Shown here one piece after another: positions 26,763-35,494 of a stretch of 64,000 bases of DNA. A program made the translations under genes and the position numbers. The stretch's first letter is position 1. Each line of letters opens with the position of its first letter. The stretch lies in NCBI GenBank assembly GCA_963666925.2, contig CAXXTC010000003.1, positions 1-64,000 on the forward strand, read 5' to 3'. Source of the stretch: Phycisphaerae bacterium. GTDB taxonomy: Bacteria; Planctomycetota; Phycisphaerae; UBA1845; Fen-1342. The notes under the pieces are model-generated. The model saw only the letters and a list, made by a program, of their open reading frames with translations, did not search any database and was not told where the DNA came from.

Positions 26763-28019
26763 CTAGGGGCCGTTGTCCAGCGCCGATTCCACCACCTGTT
26801 CCCAGCTTCCCGCTATGACCTGCAAGCCACCGTACGCCGAGTAGTAAAGCGGCGGATTGTCGACCAAGCCCGAGTCGTGCACGATGCGAAGCGTTTCGCT
26901 CAACTGCGCGTCTCCTCCACAGATTACCACTCCGCGCAACTTTGTCTCCGCTTGAACTTCAAAGTCCCCGGTCACGTGAATCAGTCCGCGCAGTTCTGAT
27001 GGATAAAAATCGTCCGTGTCATTGTCCGAGACACCCTCGTACGGCACGCCGGGTGGATTGTAGTTCACCGAATACCACGACTCCTCCAGCCCGCTATCGG
27101 CGTACATTCGGACGTACAGGTCGCCGTCGACGATCAGCACGGGGTAATCGTCGCGAGCCGGCGTGCCGTACACGCCCCAGCTCACGTACACCGCCCCACC
27201 CTGCGTCGTGATGATGAGGGTCCCGAGAATCCGGGTGGCCTCGATCCACAGATCAGCCCCCTTCGTGTTGATGTAATACACTCCCTCGGCATCGGTAGTC
27301 CCCCAGTCGCTGTACCCGGGGGCCAACACGCCCCCGACCATGTCGGTGACGTAAGAGATATCGGTCGCCAGAGCGGCGTACTTGCTGACCACGTCCACAT
27401 CGGGCAGGTCCTTCGGATCGGCGTCATCGTCCACGTTGCCATTGATCCCCCCCCCCCCACCGTAATGGGCGCATTCGACATCGCCGCGAATGTTGTCCAG
27501 ATTCAGCACGGTTGCATTCGACGACAAGGGCGCATCGTCGAAACGAACATCTCCCTCTACGAATACGCCTCCGCCTGCATGCAGACAGGTACCCAGCGCC
27601 GCCAACGGCTCCAGCGGCTGGGCCGCCAGCACCTTCGCACCATAGCGGGCAGCATTGCACACGCCCGTTCCAACGAGCATTACCGTGTCGCCCGGATCGT
27701 CGCTCAGATCCCCATCCTCGGGATCGTTGATCTGCAACGAGAAGACACCGTCACCCAGCGCGATCTCGTCCATCCAAACCCCCGGCGCAATGCTCGAGCG
27801 CCAATCCGGCGTGATCAACAGCGCGTACATCCCCACATCCAGCGCCGCCTGGGCACATTCCCGCGCCACCGCGAAATCATGGCTCTGCCTCACCGTCACC
27901 GCGCGAACGCGTACTGCGAGCACCGCCGACACACCAACAATGGCGACAATCAACGCGGAGCCGAGCACCATCAGGTACACCGTGCCGCGGCGCCAGTGAC
28001 GATTCGAACGTATCTTCAT
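26763..28019 (-). CDS. PilX/GspK-like minor (pseudo)pilin with large C-terminal domain
   Basis: RRG|TVYLMVLG hydrophobic N-terminus lacking Glu5; last gene of a translationally coupled prepilin operon. Confidence 0.75.
   Translation of the reverse strand: MKIRSNRHWRRGTVYLMVLGSALIVAIVGVSAVLAVRVRAVTVRQSHDFAVARECAQAALDVGMYALLITPDWRSSIAPGVWMDEIALGDGVFSLQINDPEDGDLSDDPGDTVMLVGTGVCNAARYGAKVLAAQPLEPLAALGTCLHAGGGVFVEGDVRFDDAPLSSNATVLNLDNIRGDVECAHYGGGGGINGNVDDDADPKDLPDVDVVSKYAALATDISYVTDMVGGVLAPGYSDWGTTDAEGVYYINTKGADLWIEATRILGTLIITTQGGAVYVSWGVYGTPARDDYPVLIVDGDLYVRMYADSGLEESWYSVNYNPPGVPYEGVSDNDTDDFYPSELRGLIHVTGDFEVQAETKLRGVVICGGDAQLSETLRIVHDSGLVDNPPLYYSAYGGLQVIAGSWEQVVESALDNGP
27447..27458 (-). repeat. 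G12 homopolymer inside the coding sequence
   Basis: Coding strand TAC GGT GGG GGG GGG GGG ATC. Confidence 0.95.
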
Positions 28020-28705
28020 TGGCCACCGTTGAAGTTCCCGATGGTCCTTTCACCGAAGGCCACAGCATCAACCGCCAGATCATCCAGCACGAGTGTGGAC
28101 TTGCCGCGACTGTGACTCGCCAGGCCGGTGAGATCCGCGCCGCAGGTCCGCAGTGCGGTCAGTTCGGCCACGACCGCAGCGTGATAACGAACGGTCACGA
28201 CGATCATCTTCACACCGGTCTCGCCGTTCGACGGACGCGGCTGGGACGGTCCACCATCCCCCGCGTCCTGTCCCTCACCCTCCTCGCCCGCGCCACTCAG
28301 CAAACTCACCCACTGGACACTCACGCTCCGTTTCCACTCAGCGAATTCCGCCAACTCGCTGCCATCCTTGGCCTGCGGCGGATTGGCCAGCCAGCCATTG
28401 TAGTCATCCACGTCGTCAAACAGGCTGCGATCGCCCGTCGCGGCTTCGGCCTCACTCCGGCCGAAGCTACCCAGGCCGTACTCAGCATCGGCGTAATCCC
28501 GCTGGAGAATCTCCGACATCAGGTCCTCCGCCAGATACGTTCCGGTGCTCTGTCGCTGCACCACCTGCATACCGATTTTCGCCAGGGCCACCGCTTCCAG
28601 CGCCGCCACCAGCATGGTTCCCACGATGACTGTGCTGATTATCACTTCGATCAGGCCAAACGCGCGTCGACCGCGGTGATTCCGATCACCAGTTTGCGTA
28701 CCCAT
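28016..28705 (-). CDS. PilV/GspI-like prepilin
   Basis: RRA|FGLIEVIISTVIVG type III signal; start overlaps the upstream stop (TGATG). Confidence 0.82.
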   Translation of the reverse strand: MGTQTGDRNHRGRRAFGLIEVIISTVIVGTMLVAALEAVALAKIGMQVVQRQSTGTYLAEDLMSEILQRDYADAEYGLGSFGRSEAEAATGDRSLFDDVDDYNGWLANPPQAKDGSELAEFAEWKRSVSVQWVSLLSGAGEEGEGQDAGDGGPSQPRPSNGETGVKMIVVTVRYHAAVVAELTALRTCGADLTGLASHSRGKSTLVLDDLAVDAVAFGERTIGNFNGGQ

Positions 28706-29772
28706 CAACTACCCTCCGGCACGTTCAGCAGACGCACGGAAGTGGTCACCGGATCCGTGGCCCCCTGCCCGGCCAACACCTTGATGTGCACCCCGCTGAT
28801 ACCCTGCGTTGTGGGCTCGACATCGGGATCAACCACCAGGGCGTGACCGTAAACCGCAAAGAGCAGGGCCTTGTTGGTTATCGCTGCCTGCCACTCATCG
28901 TGATCATACTTGAACAGGGCGGCGTTCGGCAGGGACACGTCATTCTTACAATACTGCACTTTTGCCGATACGCCCGACGCCCCCTGCTCCAGCACAATGC
29001 AAACACCCTCATCCGGCTCCAGACCGGTGACGTCAAAGGTGAAGCCATACCACTGAAAGGAATCGCTCAGCATGCTCTCCGGCAGCGAGTACTCGCCCAA
29101 CAGGCTTCCGGTCGGCCGGAGGTCGGCGTCCGTTTGGTACAGCTTGACCAACACCAAGCCGTCGAGCTTCCCATCCCATTTGGCCTTGAACCACACGTGC
29201 GTGATCGACCACCCAACACTGCCGTCGGGTAGGATCGGGATGAACGACTGCCCCCAGTACTTGTCATCATGTTCAATTTTCAGCTCGGACAGGTCGGACG
29301 AGGCATCATAGCTGCGTAGCTCGATCTCCCCAGTGTCGGAAGTAACCGTACCGTCCAGGTCGAGAATCTCCAGGTGATCGTAGGCCAGTTCAAAACCCTG
29401 CACGTCGTCAAGCACGGCGACTGCGGCGCCGCTGTTGTACGTGCGCAGCAGTGGATCTCCGCCCGTGCCCGACCACTCGTAGCGAATGGTCTCGTCGCTG
29501 CTGTCGTCGTCGCGGTCGGCCACGGTGAATTCGATCTCCGTCGCGCTGTTGGCCAGGACGCTGCGCGCACAGAGCAGTTCCGTGGTCATCTGTTCCACCA
29601 CGTCCGCTGCCGCCGCGTAGGCGTTCAGCGGTGTACCTTGCTCGGGCAGCGCACGCGACACCAGCACCAGCGCCGACGCAACGCCGCTGAGCAGAACCGC
29701 CGCCGCACCGGCGCTGATCACCAGCTCGGCCAGCGTCATGCCACGTTCGAATCTTCTCCGCGCTGCGCGCAT
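28705..29772 (-). CDS. PilW/GspJ-like prepilin with an inserted beta-sandwich domain
   Basis: ERG|MTLAELVIS type III signal; internal WGQSF... domain. Confidence 0.82.
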   Translation of the reverse strand: MRAARRRFERGMTLAELVISAGAAAVLLSGVASALVLVSRALPEQGTPLNAYAAAADVVEQMTTELLCARSVLANSATEIEFTVADRDDDSSDETIRYEWSGTGGDPLLRTYNSGAAVAVLDDVQGFELAYDHLEILDLDGTVTSDTGEIELRSYDASSDLSELKIEHDDKYWGQSFIPILPDGSVGWSITHVWFKAKWDGKLDGLVLVKLYQTDADLRPTGSLLGEYSLPESMLSDSFQWYGFTFDVTGLEPDEGVCIVLEQGASGVSAKVQYCKNDVSLPNAALFKYDHDEWQAAITNKALLFAVYGHALVVDPDVEPTTQGISGVHIKVLAGQGATDPVTTSVRLLNVPEGS

Positions 29773-30278
29773 CACGAATCCACCGTCGCCTGTCCGGTGT
29801 CCCCGTTCACCGTAACCTTCACGCTCTGCTTGCCGTTCCCAACCACGATGGTGCCCCCGCTGTCCGGGTGGCCAAAACCATCGAACTCCACCTGCTCGGA
29901 TCCGTCGAAATCAACGCTGGTGATCCGCACCTCGTAGGGCTGATCGGTCAGGTCCACCGTATAGGTCACGCCGGGACGATCCGGATCCGCCAGGCCACTG
30001 ATGGTGTACTTGCCGGTCGCGATGGTGAAACTGAGCGTGACCGCACTGCTGCCAAGCCGGGCCCGCCGCTGGGCGAGGGCCACGTCGGCCACGACCCGGT
30101 TGGCCGCCGCCTGCACCCGGTGACGGGCCACGCGACTGCCGAAGCGCGGCAGCCCCACGCTGGCCAGGATTCCGATAATCACGATCACCAGCACCAGTTC
30201 GATCAGTGAGAACCCGCGCAAAAACCGCCGGCTTGGGGTCGGCTCCGCGTACCATCTTGCGAGCGTGGCCAGTGGCAT
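29772..30278 (-). CDS. FimU/FimT/GspH-like prepilin
   Basis: RG|FSLIELVLVIVIIGILA...P; C-terminal FDGFG motif. Confidence 0.88.
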   Translation of the reverse strand: MPLATLARWYAEPTPSRRFLRGFSLIELVLVIVIIGILASVGLPRFGSRVARHRVQAAANRVVADVALAQRRARLGSSAVTLSFTIATGKYTISGLADPDRPGVTYTVDLTDQPYEVRITSVDFDGSEQVEFDGFGHPDSGGTIVVGNGKQSVKVTVNGDTGQATVDS

Positions 30279-30743
30279 GGAGACATCGCCTTCGGTCGGA
30301 TGACCCGACTTCGTGGCCGGTATGCCGCGGCATCCGACCAGAGTTAACCAGGGCGCGTAAACGCCGCGCCGCGTCGCCTGCCGCCCCTTTCAGTGCGGGC
30401 GCAGACCCATCGTTGGTCATCGACTATTCAACACTGTCGCTTGGTTTGTGAACCCCCCACCCCAGAACCGCTCCCGACATGGGGTGCTCAGTGTCCCGGG
30501 GCAGCTCTTATCGCCCGGCGTCCGTCGATGCGTCCGGTAAGATTCACTGAACTCCACTTCTGCGCGTCTCCGATTGAACAACTGTCTACAAACACATGCC
30601 TGGAGGGTGGTAGCCGTACCCCCGAACCAGGCCCTACCCACGTAGTTCCGAGGATGTGTGTTGGTATGCGGACAACGAGGGATCTTAAGCACTGCGAAAA
30701 TGTGAAGCTCGTCCGACACCCGGATGTGAAGCAGGCTACGACC

Positions 30744-32621
30744 ATGCTCACCTGGATATTGCTAGTGTTGTTCCTGGCTGTGGCCGGTCCCCCGGCCCCG
30801 GGGCAACCCCGCGGACACGGCCAGCCACCGCCTTCAGCCGAACCCCCGCCCGCATCCACTCCGCAACCGATTCTGGACCTGGCCCGCCTGATGAGCCAAA
30901 TGAACCCGTCAGGCGCACAAGAGGAGCCGACGGATTCGGCGGATACGGCGGTCGACCAGTCCGCCAACGATTACGAGCAGAGCATAGCGCTGACCGACAC
31001 CGGGCTGCTCGATCTCCACGTGCGTGACCTCGATATCGACACCATGCTCGAAATGCTCAGCTACGAAGCCCGGGTCAACATCGTCACCAGCACGAGCGTC
31101 TCCGGCACCATCTCGGCCAACCTGTACAACGTCACGCTCGAACAAGCTCTCGAAGCCACGCTCAAGCCCAACCAGTTCGCGTATCACGTGGGCGGCAACA
31201 CGATCTTCGTGGGCACGCCTCAGGAAGTGCAGGCGTTGTTGCCGCCGCCCACAACGCGGGTTTTCCAACTACGTTACATGTCGCCCAGCGAAGCCGCCGA
31301 GGCGGTCAAGGCCGTCCTGTCCGAAGACGCGAATGTCGTCGAGGGCGGCGGCGCAGTCAGCGCCTCCAGCGGCGAAAATGATGCGGAAATGGGCCCCGCC
31401 GGCAGCGACTACCTTATCGTCACTGACCAGCCCGAGCGTCTCGACGCGGCCGCCGAACTGCTCCAGATCCTCGATCAGCGTCCCCAACAGGTGCTCATCG
31501 AGGCCACCGTCCTGCGCGCCACGCTGAACGAATCGAATCAGTTTGGCATCGACTTCACGCTGTTGGGCGGCGTCGACTTCCAGGATGTCAGCAGCGTCAG
31601 CAACGCTTCCACTAACCTCTCCACCGGCCAACTGCCCTCAGCAGACCTGCAAAGCACCACCTTCAACATCAACACCGACTTCACCGGAAACATCAGCGGC
31701 GGCGGGTTCAGCTTAGGCCTGATCAAGGACAGCATTGCCGGCTTCATCCGCGCGCTCGAAGACGTCACCGACGTTGTCGTCGTCGGTAACCCCAAGGTGA
31801 TAGCGCTCAACAAGCAGGAAGGGGAGGTGATCGTCGGTCGGCGCGACGGCTACCTCACGACCACCGTCACCGAAACCGCCGCTATTCAGACGGTCGAGTT
31901 CCTCGAAACCGGAACGCAGATCAAGTTTCGGCCGATCATCAACGCCGACGGCACCGTCCGACTTCAGGTGCACCCCAAGGACAGCAATGGCGGCCTGACC
32001 GCTGCCAACCTGCCCTTCGAGGAGACGACCGAGGCACATGCCGACATCATCGTCGACGACGGTAACACGATCCTCATTGGCGGGCTCTTCCGCGATCGCA
32101 CCATACGCAGCAAGAGCCAGATCCCCGTACTGGGCGACATCCCCGGCGTCGGGCTGCTGTTCGGTTCCGAGAACGATCAGACCGTGCGCGAAGAAGTCAT
32201 CATCCTGCTCACGGTGCATATCATCAAGGAAACCAGCGCGGAACAGGAGCGCCACCGTAACCTGCTTCAAGACGTTGAGCTCTTGCGTGTCGGGCTGCGC
32301 ATGGGGCTGCTCGCCACCGGCCGCGAACGCCTCGCTCAGGCCTACTACCACGAAGCCGTCACCCAACTCGAAAAGGGTGAACGGGATCGTGCCCTGCTCA
32401 ATGTGCGCATGACGCTGAACAACCTGCCCGAACATCTGCCCGCCTTGAAACTCAAGGAACAGTTGCTCAAGCAGCACCTCTGGGACGAGGACGGCGCGCG
32501 CATGCGAGCCTTCGTGAACGAACTGATCGATAGCGAGCGCGGCGTGGAAGAGCCCCCCTATGACCGACCACCGCCGAGCGTGGACCACCTCATCAACCAG
32601 CGCGGAGAGCAGAACCCATGA
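30744..32621 (+). CDS. Secretin (GspD/PilQ family) with helical C-terminal extension
   Basis: QVLIEATV, NPKVIALNKQEG, IPVLGDIPGVGLLF, EVIILLT; start moved to ATG 30744. Confidence 0.92.
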   Translation: MLTWILLVLFLAVAGPPAPGQPRGHGQPPPSAEPPPASTPQPILDLARLMSQMNPSGAQEEPTDSADTAVDQSANDYEQSIALTDTGLLDLHVRDLDIDTMLEMLSYEARVNIVTSTSVSGTISANLYNVTLEQALEATLKPNQFAYHVGGNTIFVGTPQEVQALLPPPTTRVFQLRYMSPSEAAEAVKAVLSEDANVVEGGGAVSASSGENDAEMGPAGSDYLIVTDQPERLDAAAELLQILDQRPQQVLIEATVLRATLNESNQFGIDFTLLGGVDFQDVSSVSNASTNLSTGQLPSADLQSTTFNINTDFTGNISGGGFSLGLIKDSIAGFIRALEDVTDVVVVGNPKVIALNKQEGEVIVGRRDGYLTTTVTETAAIQTVEFLETGTQIKFRPIINADGTVRLQVHPKDSNGGLTAANLPFEETTEAHADIIVDDGNTILIGGLFRDRTIRSKSQIPVLGDIPGVGLLFGSENDQTVREEVIILLTVHIIKETSAEQERHRNLLQDVELLRVGLRMGLLATGRERLAQAYYHEAVTQLEKGERDRALLNVRMTLNNLPEHLPALKLKEQLLKQHLWDEDGARMRAFVNELIDSERGVEEPPYDRPPPSVDHLINQRGEQNP

Positions 32622-33730
32622 GAACCGAAGCTGCCCTGCGAATTGTGTTGTCAGGCTGTGTTGCCGGTGCTGTCCTGCTGCTCGCCGGCTGCACCAGCAT
32701 GCAGGCTCGGGCGCGACAGGACGCCCACGAGCGCTGGAACACGGCCCGGGCCGACATCAAGGCTCGCCTGGCAGAGGACCACTTCGACGCCGGCAATGTC
32801 GACGCTGCCTCCAACGAGTTGGCCGAAGCCCTGCGGCTGAATCCGACCAATGATCACCTGGTCCCGCTGCGCGTGCGGGTGTTGCTGGCCGAAGGTCGGC
32901 TCGATGAGGCCGCCAGATTGATCGAGCTAAGCCGCAGCACCGGCCACAGCTCCCCGGAGATCGAGTACCTGCTGGGTGTTGTGCGGCAACAACAGGAGCG
33001 CTGGCAGGCCGCCCTGGAGGCCTATCTCCGCGCCGCCGAGCTGAGCCCGCACGAAGTCGGCTACGTGACGGCCGCCGCCCAGGTTTGGTTGCAGCTCGGC
33101 GAGCCGGAAGCAGCGCTGACCTATCTCAACGAATCGGAAACCCGCTTCGCGTGGACCGACGCTTACCAGGCTTGCCTGGCTGAGTGTCTCGAACAGGTTG
33201 GTGACTGGTCCGGTGCCGCGTCGGCCTGGCAGCGGGTGCTATACGCTGACGCCACCGATCAGGCCACGCGCGAGCGCCTGGCCAACGCACTTTATCACTC
33301 TGAGCGCTACCTCGAAGCCATCCCGGTATTGCTTGACTGGCTCGCGACGGCCGACAGCCGAACAGCACCGGTGGTGCGTCTGCTCTTGGCCGACTGCTAC
33401 CTGGCCGAGGGGCGTATCGCGGCCGCCCAGGAACAGGCCCGCACCGTCGTGCGCAACGATGAACAGAACGTCCACGCGCTGTGCGTCCTTGCCCGGGCCC
33501 TGGGAGCCGGCGGCGAGTACAGCGCCGCCCTGCGCATAGCCCGGCGGGCCCTGGCGCTCGACCCCGCCAACGTCGCCACGCTCGAACTCGTCGCCGCCCT
33601 TGCCTGGCGGGTCGACGACTACGACCTGATGGCGACGACAGCGCAGCGACTCGAGCAGGTCGACCCCGGAAACGATGTGGCCCGGCGGATCGCCGGCCGC
33701 GCCCGGCTGCATTCAACCGACAAACACTGA
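32618..33730 (+). CDS. TPR lipoprotein (possible pilotin)
   Basis: Lipobox LLAGC; multiple TPR-like helices; ATGA overlap with the secretin. Confidence 0.8.
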   Translation: MRTEAALRIVLSGCVAGAVLLLAGCTSMQARARQDAHERWNTARADIKARLAEDHFDAGNVDAASNELAEALRLNPTNDHLVPLRVRVLLAEGRLDEAARLIELSRSTGHSSPEIEYLLGVVRQQQERWQAALEAYLRAAELSPHEVGYVTAAAQVWLQLGEPEAALTYLNESETRFAWTDAYQACLAECLEQVGDWSGAASAWQRVLYADATDQATRERLANALYHSERYLEAIPVLLDWLATADSRTAPVVRLLLADCYLAEGRIAAAQEQARTVVRNDEQNVHALCVLARALGAGGEYSAALRIARRALALDPANVATLELVAALAWRVDDYDLMATTAQRLEQVDPGNDVARRIAGRARLHSTDKH

Positions 33731-33820
33731 CAGCATCCAGCACGACGCACCGTCCGATACAAGTTGCCCGATGCGCCGCAGCTCAGTGCTATATCTCACG
33801 CTGTTTGCATCTTATTCGGT

Positions 33821-33847
33821 GTGGGGCGGGCAAGACGCCCGCTCCAC
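33821..33847. repeat. REP-like palindrome
   Basis: GTGGGGCGGGC-AAGAC-GCCCGCTCCAC; shares its first 11 nt with the element at 40665. Confidence 0.55.
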
Positions 33848-33910
33848 TTGTGATGTGGACCTTATGAGAAGGTACACCAGCAGCACAGTGGTCATCCCCG
33901 GATTCGTGAT

Positions 33911-34056
33911 TCGACTCGCGCAAAAGGGCGGGCGAGTCGAGCGTGGGCGGGGGGCGGGACTCGACTCGCCCTCATCAGGGAACGGAGGTTTGTAAGGGGC
34001 CGCAAGGGCCCCGCGCCGGCGAATCAGATTCGCCGGGGCGGGACAATGCCTTCCGT
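33911..34056. other. Highly structured intergenic region (candidate ncRNA or 3' UTR, plus minus-strand terminator)
   Basis: 12-bp stem 33930-33941/33960-33971; three-way junction closed by 33982-33993/34043-34056. Confidence 0.4.
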
Positions 34057-34174
34057 GGGCGCGCTTGCGACCCCAGGCCATCATGGCTGCATCGGGGCAA
34101 CGGACGACTGTTCCGGCCGTGGCGCGACTGGTTTATCATTCCGTCACGCCCGATGCACAATGCGTCTATCTCGT

Positions 34175-34770
34175 TCAGTTCTCCGAGTCGGGCCAGGGCG
34201 CTGCCACCTTCGGCGTCAACGGAGCATCGTGGCGTAGCGCACGCTCGTCTCCCACGCCCCAGGCCAACACTTCGTTCTGAATCAGCTCCAGCAGGAACGA
34301 CTTCCTGATCAAACGATAGTTCAACGCGCTCAACTGCATTTCAATCTTGCCGGCAATGAAGCGGCTCACGTTGTGACGCAATCCGAACCGCGCTACCAGC
34401 AGTTCCACCAGCGCCGCCTTGCGCCAGCGCTGCCCCGTGAATCATGATTGCTGTCGACCAAGCGGATACGTCGGCGCCAGATCGTCCGGCTGCGCCGCTG
34501 CGCTAACAGCGCCTCTGCTACCACCCCTAGCCCGGTCTGCTCCAGCACCGAGCAGGCACAGCGGAAAATGTAGTTCGTCGACGGCGGACGCGGCCCGCGA
34601 TACTCGCGCAGATGCAGCGCCACCGCCCGGGCCAGCGGTTGCGCCAGCCGCGGCTCCACATCGCAGGCCCGCATCGGACGCGACAGCGAGTTCACCAGCT
34701 TCGGCAGGCTGAACCGCTCCAGCGTGCCGTCGCGCTTGGTGACGATCAGGACTTTGCACTTGCGCTTCAC
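34175..34770 (-). pseudogene. Tandem ATP-cone-like protein split by a -1 frameshift (pseudogene, recoding or sequence error)
   Basis: Frame 1 gives VTKRDGTLERFSLPKL (ATP cone). The -1 frame from about 34433 gives QRWRKAALVELLVARFGL...IAGKIE...ELIQNE, a second cone-like unit. One extra G in the run at 34433-34436 restores a 198-aa ORF. Confidence 0.7.
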
Positions 34771-35276
34771 GATTCCGCAGGCCCCTCAAACAGGTTTTGC
34801 TGTCCCGGAATATCACTGCTCGAGCGCTCGATCACGTCCTGCACTTCCTCGATGAAATCCCCTACGTCCTCGAACTGCCGATAGACGCTGGCAAACCGCA
34901 CATATGCAACCTTGTCCACTCGCCGCAGCACATCCGCCAGCCGTTCGCCAATCGTCTGTGAAGAGACTTCCTTCTCGAAGTTCGCCACCAGCCACTCTTC
35001 AACCTCGTTGACCACCTGCTCCAGCCGCTCGAACGAGATTGGCCGCTTGTAGGCCGCGTGACGAATTGCCTGCAACATCTTTTCGCGTTCGTACGGTACA
35101 CGCGTCCCGTCGCGCTTAATGACCGACAGCTTGATCGTTTCCTCGATCCGCTCATAGGTCGTGAACCGACGTGCACACGCCAGACAGCGCCGGCGCCTTC
35201 GAATACACTGCCCACCCTCGGTGGATCGGGAGTCGATGACCTTGTCGTCGTCGGCCTTGCAGAACGGGCACCGCAT
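34767..35276 (-). CDS. nrdR: Transcriptional repressor NrdR
   Basis: MRCPFC, KVIDSR, IRRRRRC..C..RFTTYE, VAYVRFASVY. Confidence 0.98.
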   Translation of the reverse strand: MRCPFCKADDDKVIDSRSTEGGQCIRRRRRCLACARRFTTYERIEETIKLSVIKRDGTRVPYEREKMLQAIRHAAYKRPISFERLEQVVNEVEEWLVANFEKEVSSQTIGERLADVLRRVDKVAYVRFASVYRQFEDVGDFIEEVQDVIERSSSDIPGQQNLFEGPAES

Positions 35277-35395
35277 CGAGCCTTGGTTCCGTTCGTCGCA
35301 CCGGGCGGATTGTGTGACGGGGCTGGTGATCGCCAGCAACTGCTGCTAACCCGTGGTCCGCGTCCGCCATCTTAGCTCACCCATACCACAGGTTG

Positions 35396-35435
35396 TTACT
35401 TTAGGTAGTGTATACCACAATATCAAGGGTGTCAA
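35396..35435 (-). promoter_or_regulatory. nrdR sigma70 promoter (TTGACA-17-TACACT) overlapped by two NrdR-box-like sites
   Basis: -35 at 35435-35430, -10 at 35412-35407. CCACAATATCAAGGGT (35415-35430) and TTACTTTAGGTAGTGT (35396-35411) resemble acaCwAtATaTwGtgt. Confidence 0.65.
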
Positions 35436-35494
35436 ACCTTTTCGCCCCGCAGCGCAAGACTTTCCCAGGCTGCGCCGTTATAACTCTTAGCCCG

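Noticed and set aside
30393..30743. Long N-terminal extensions in the ORF track (secretin, uvrA, ald, rpsO, csp, sucA, sucB, GT87)
   Set aside because: Downstream starts fit family N-termini, RBS or promoter positions better.
33925..33985. Hammerhead ribozyme (CTGATGAG followed by a stem on the minus strand) or tmRNA end
   Set aside because: No GAAA core follows the stem, and there is no tRNA-like acceptor or CCA end.
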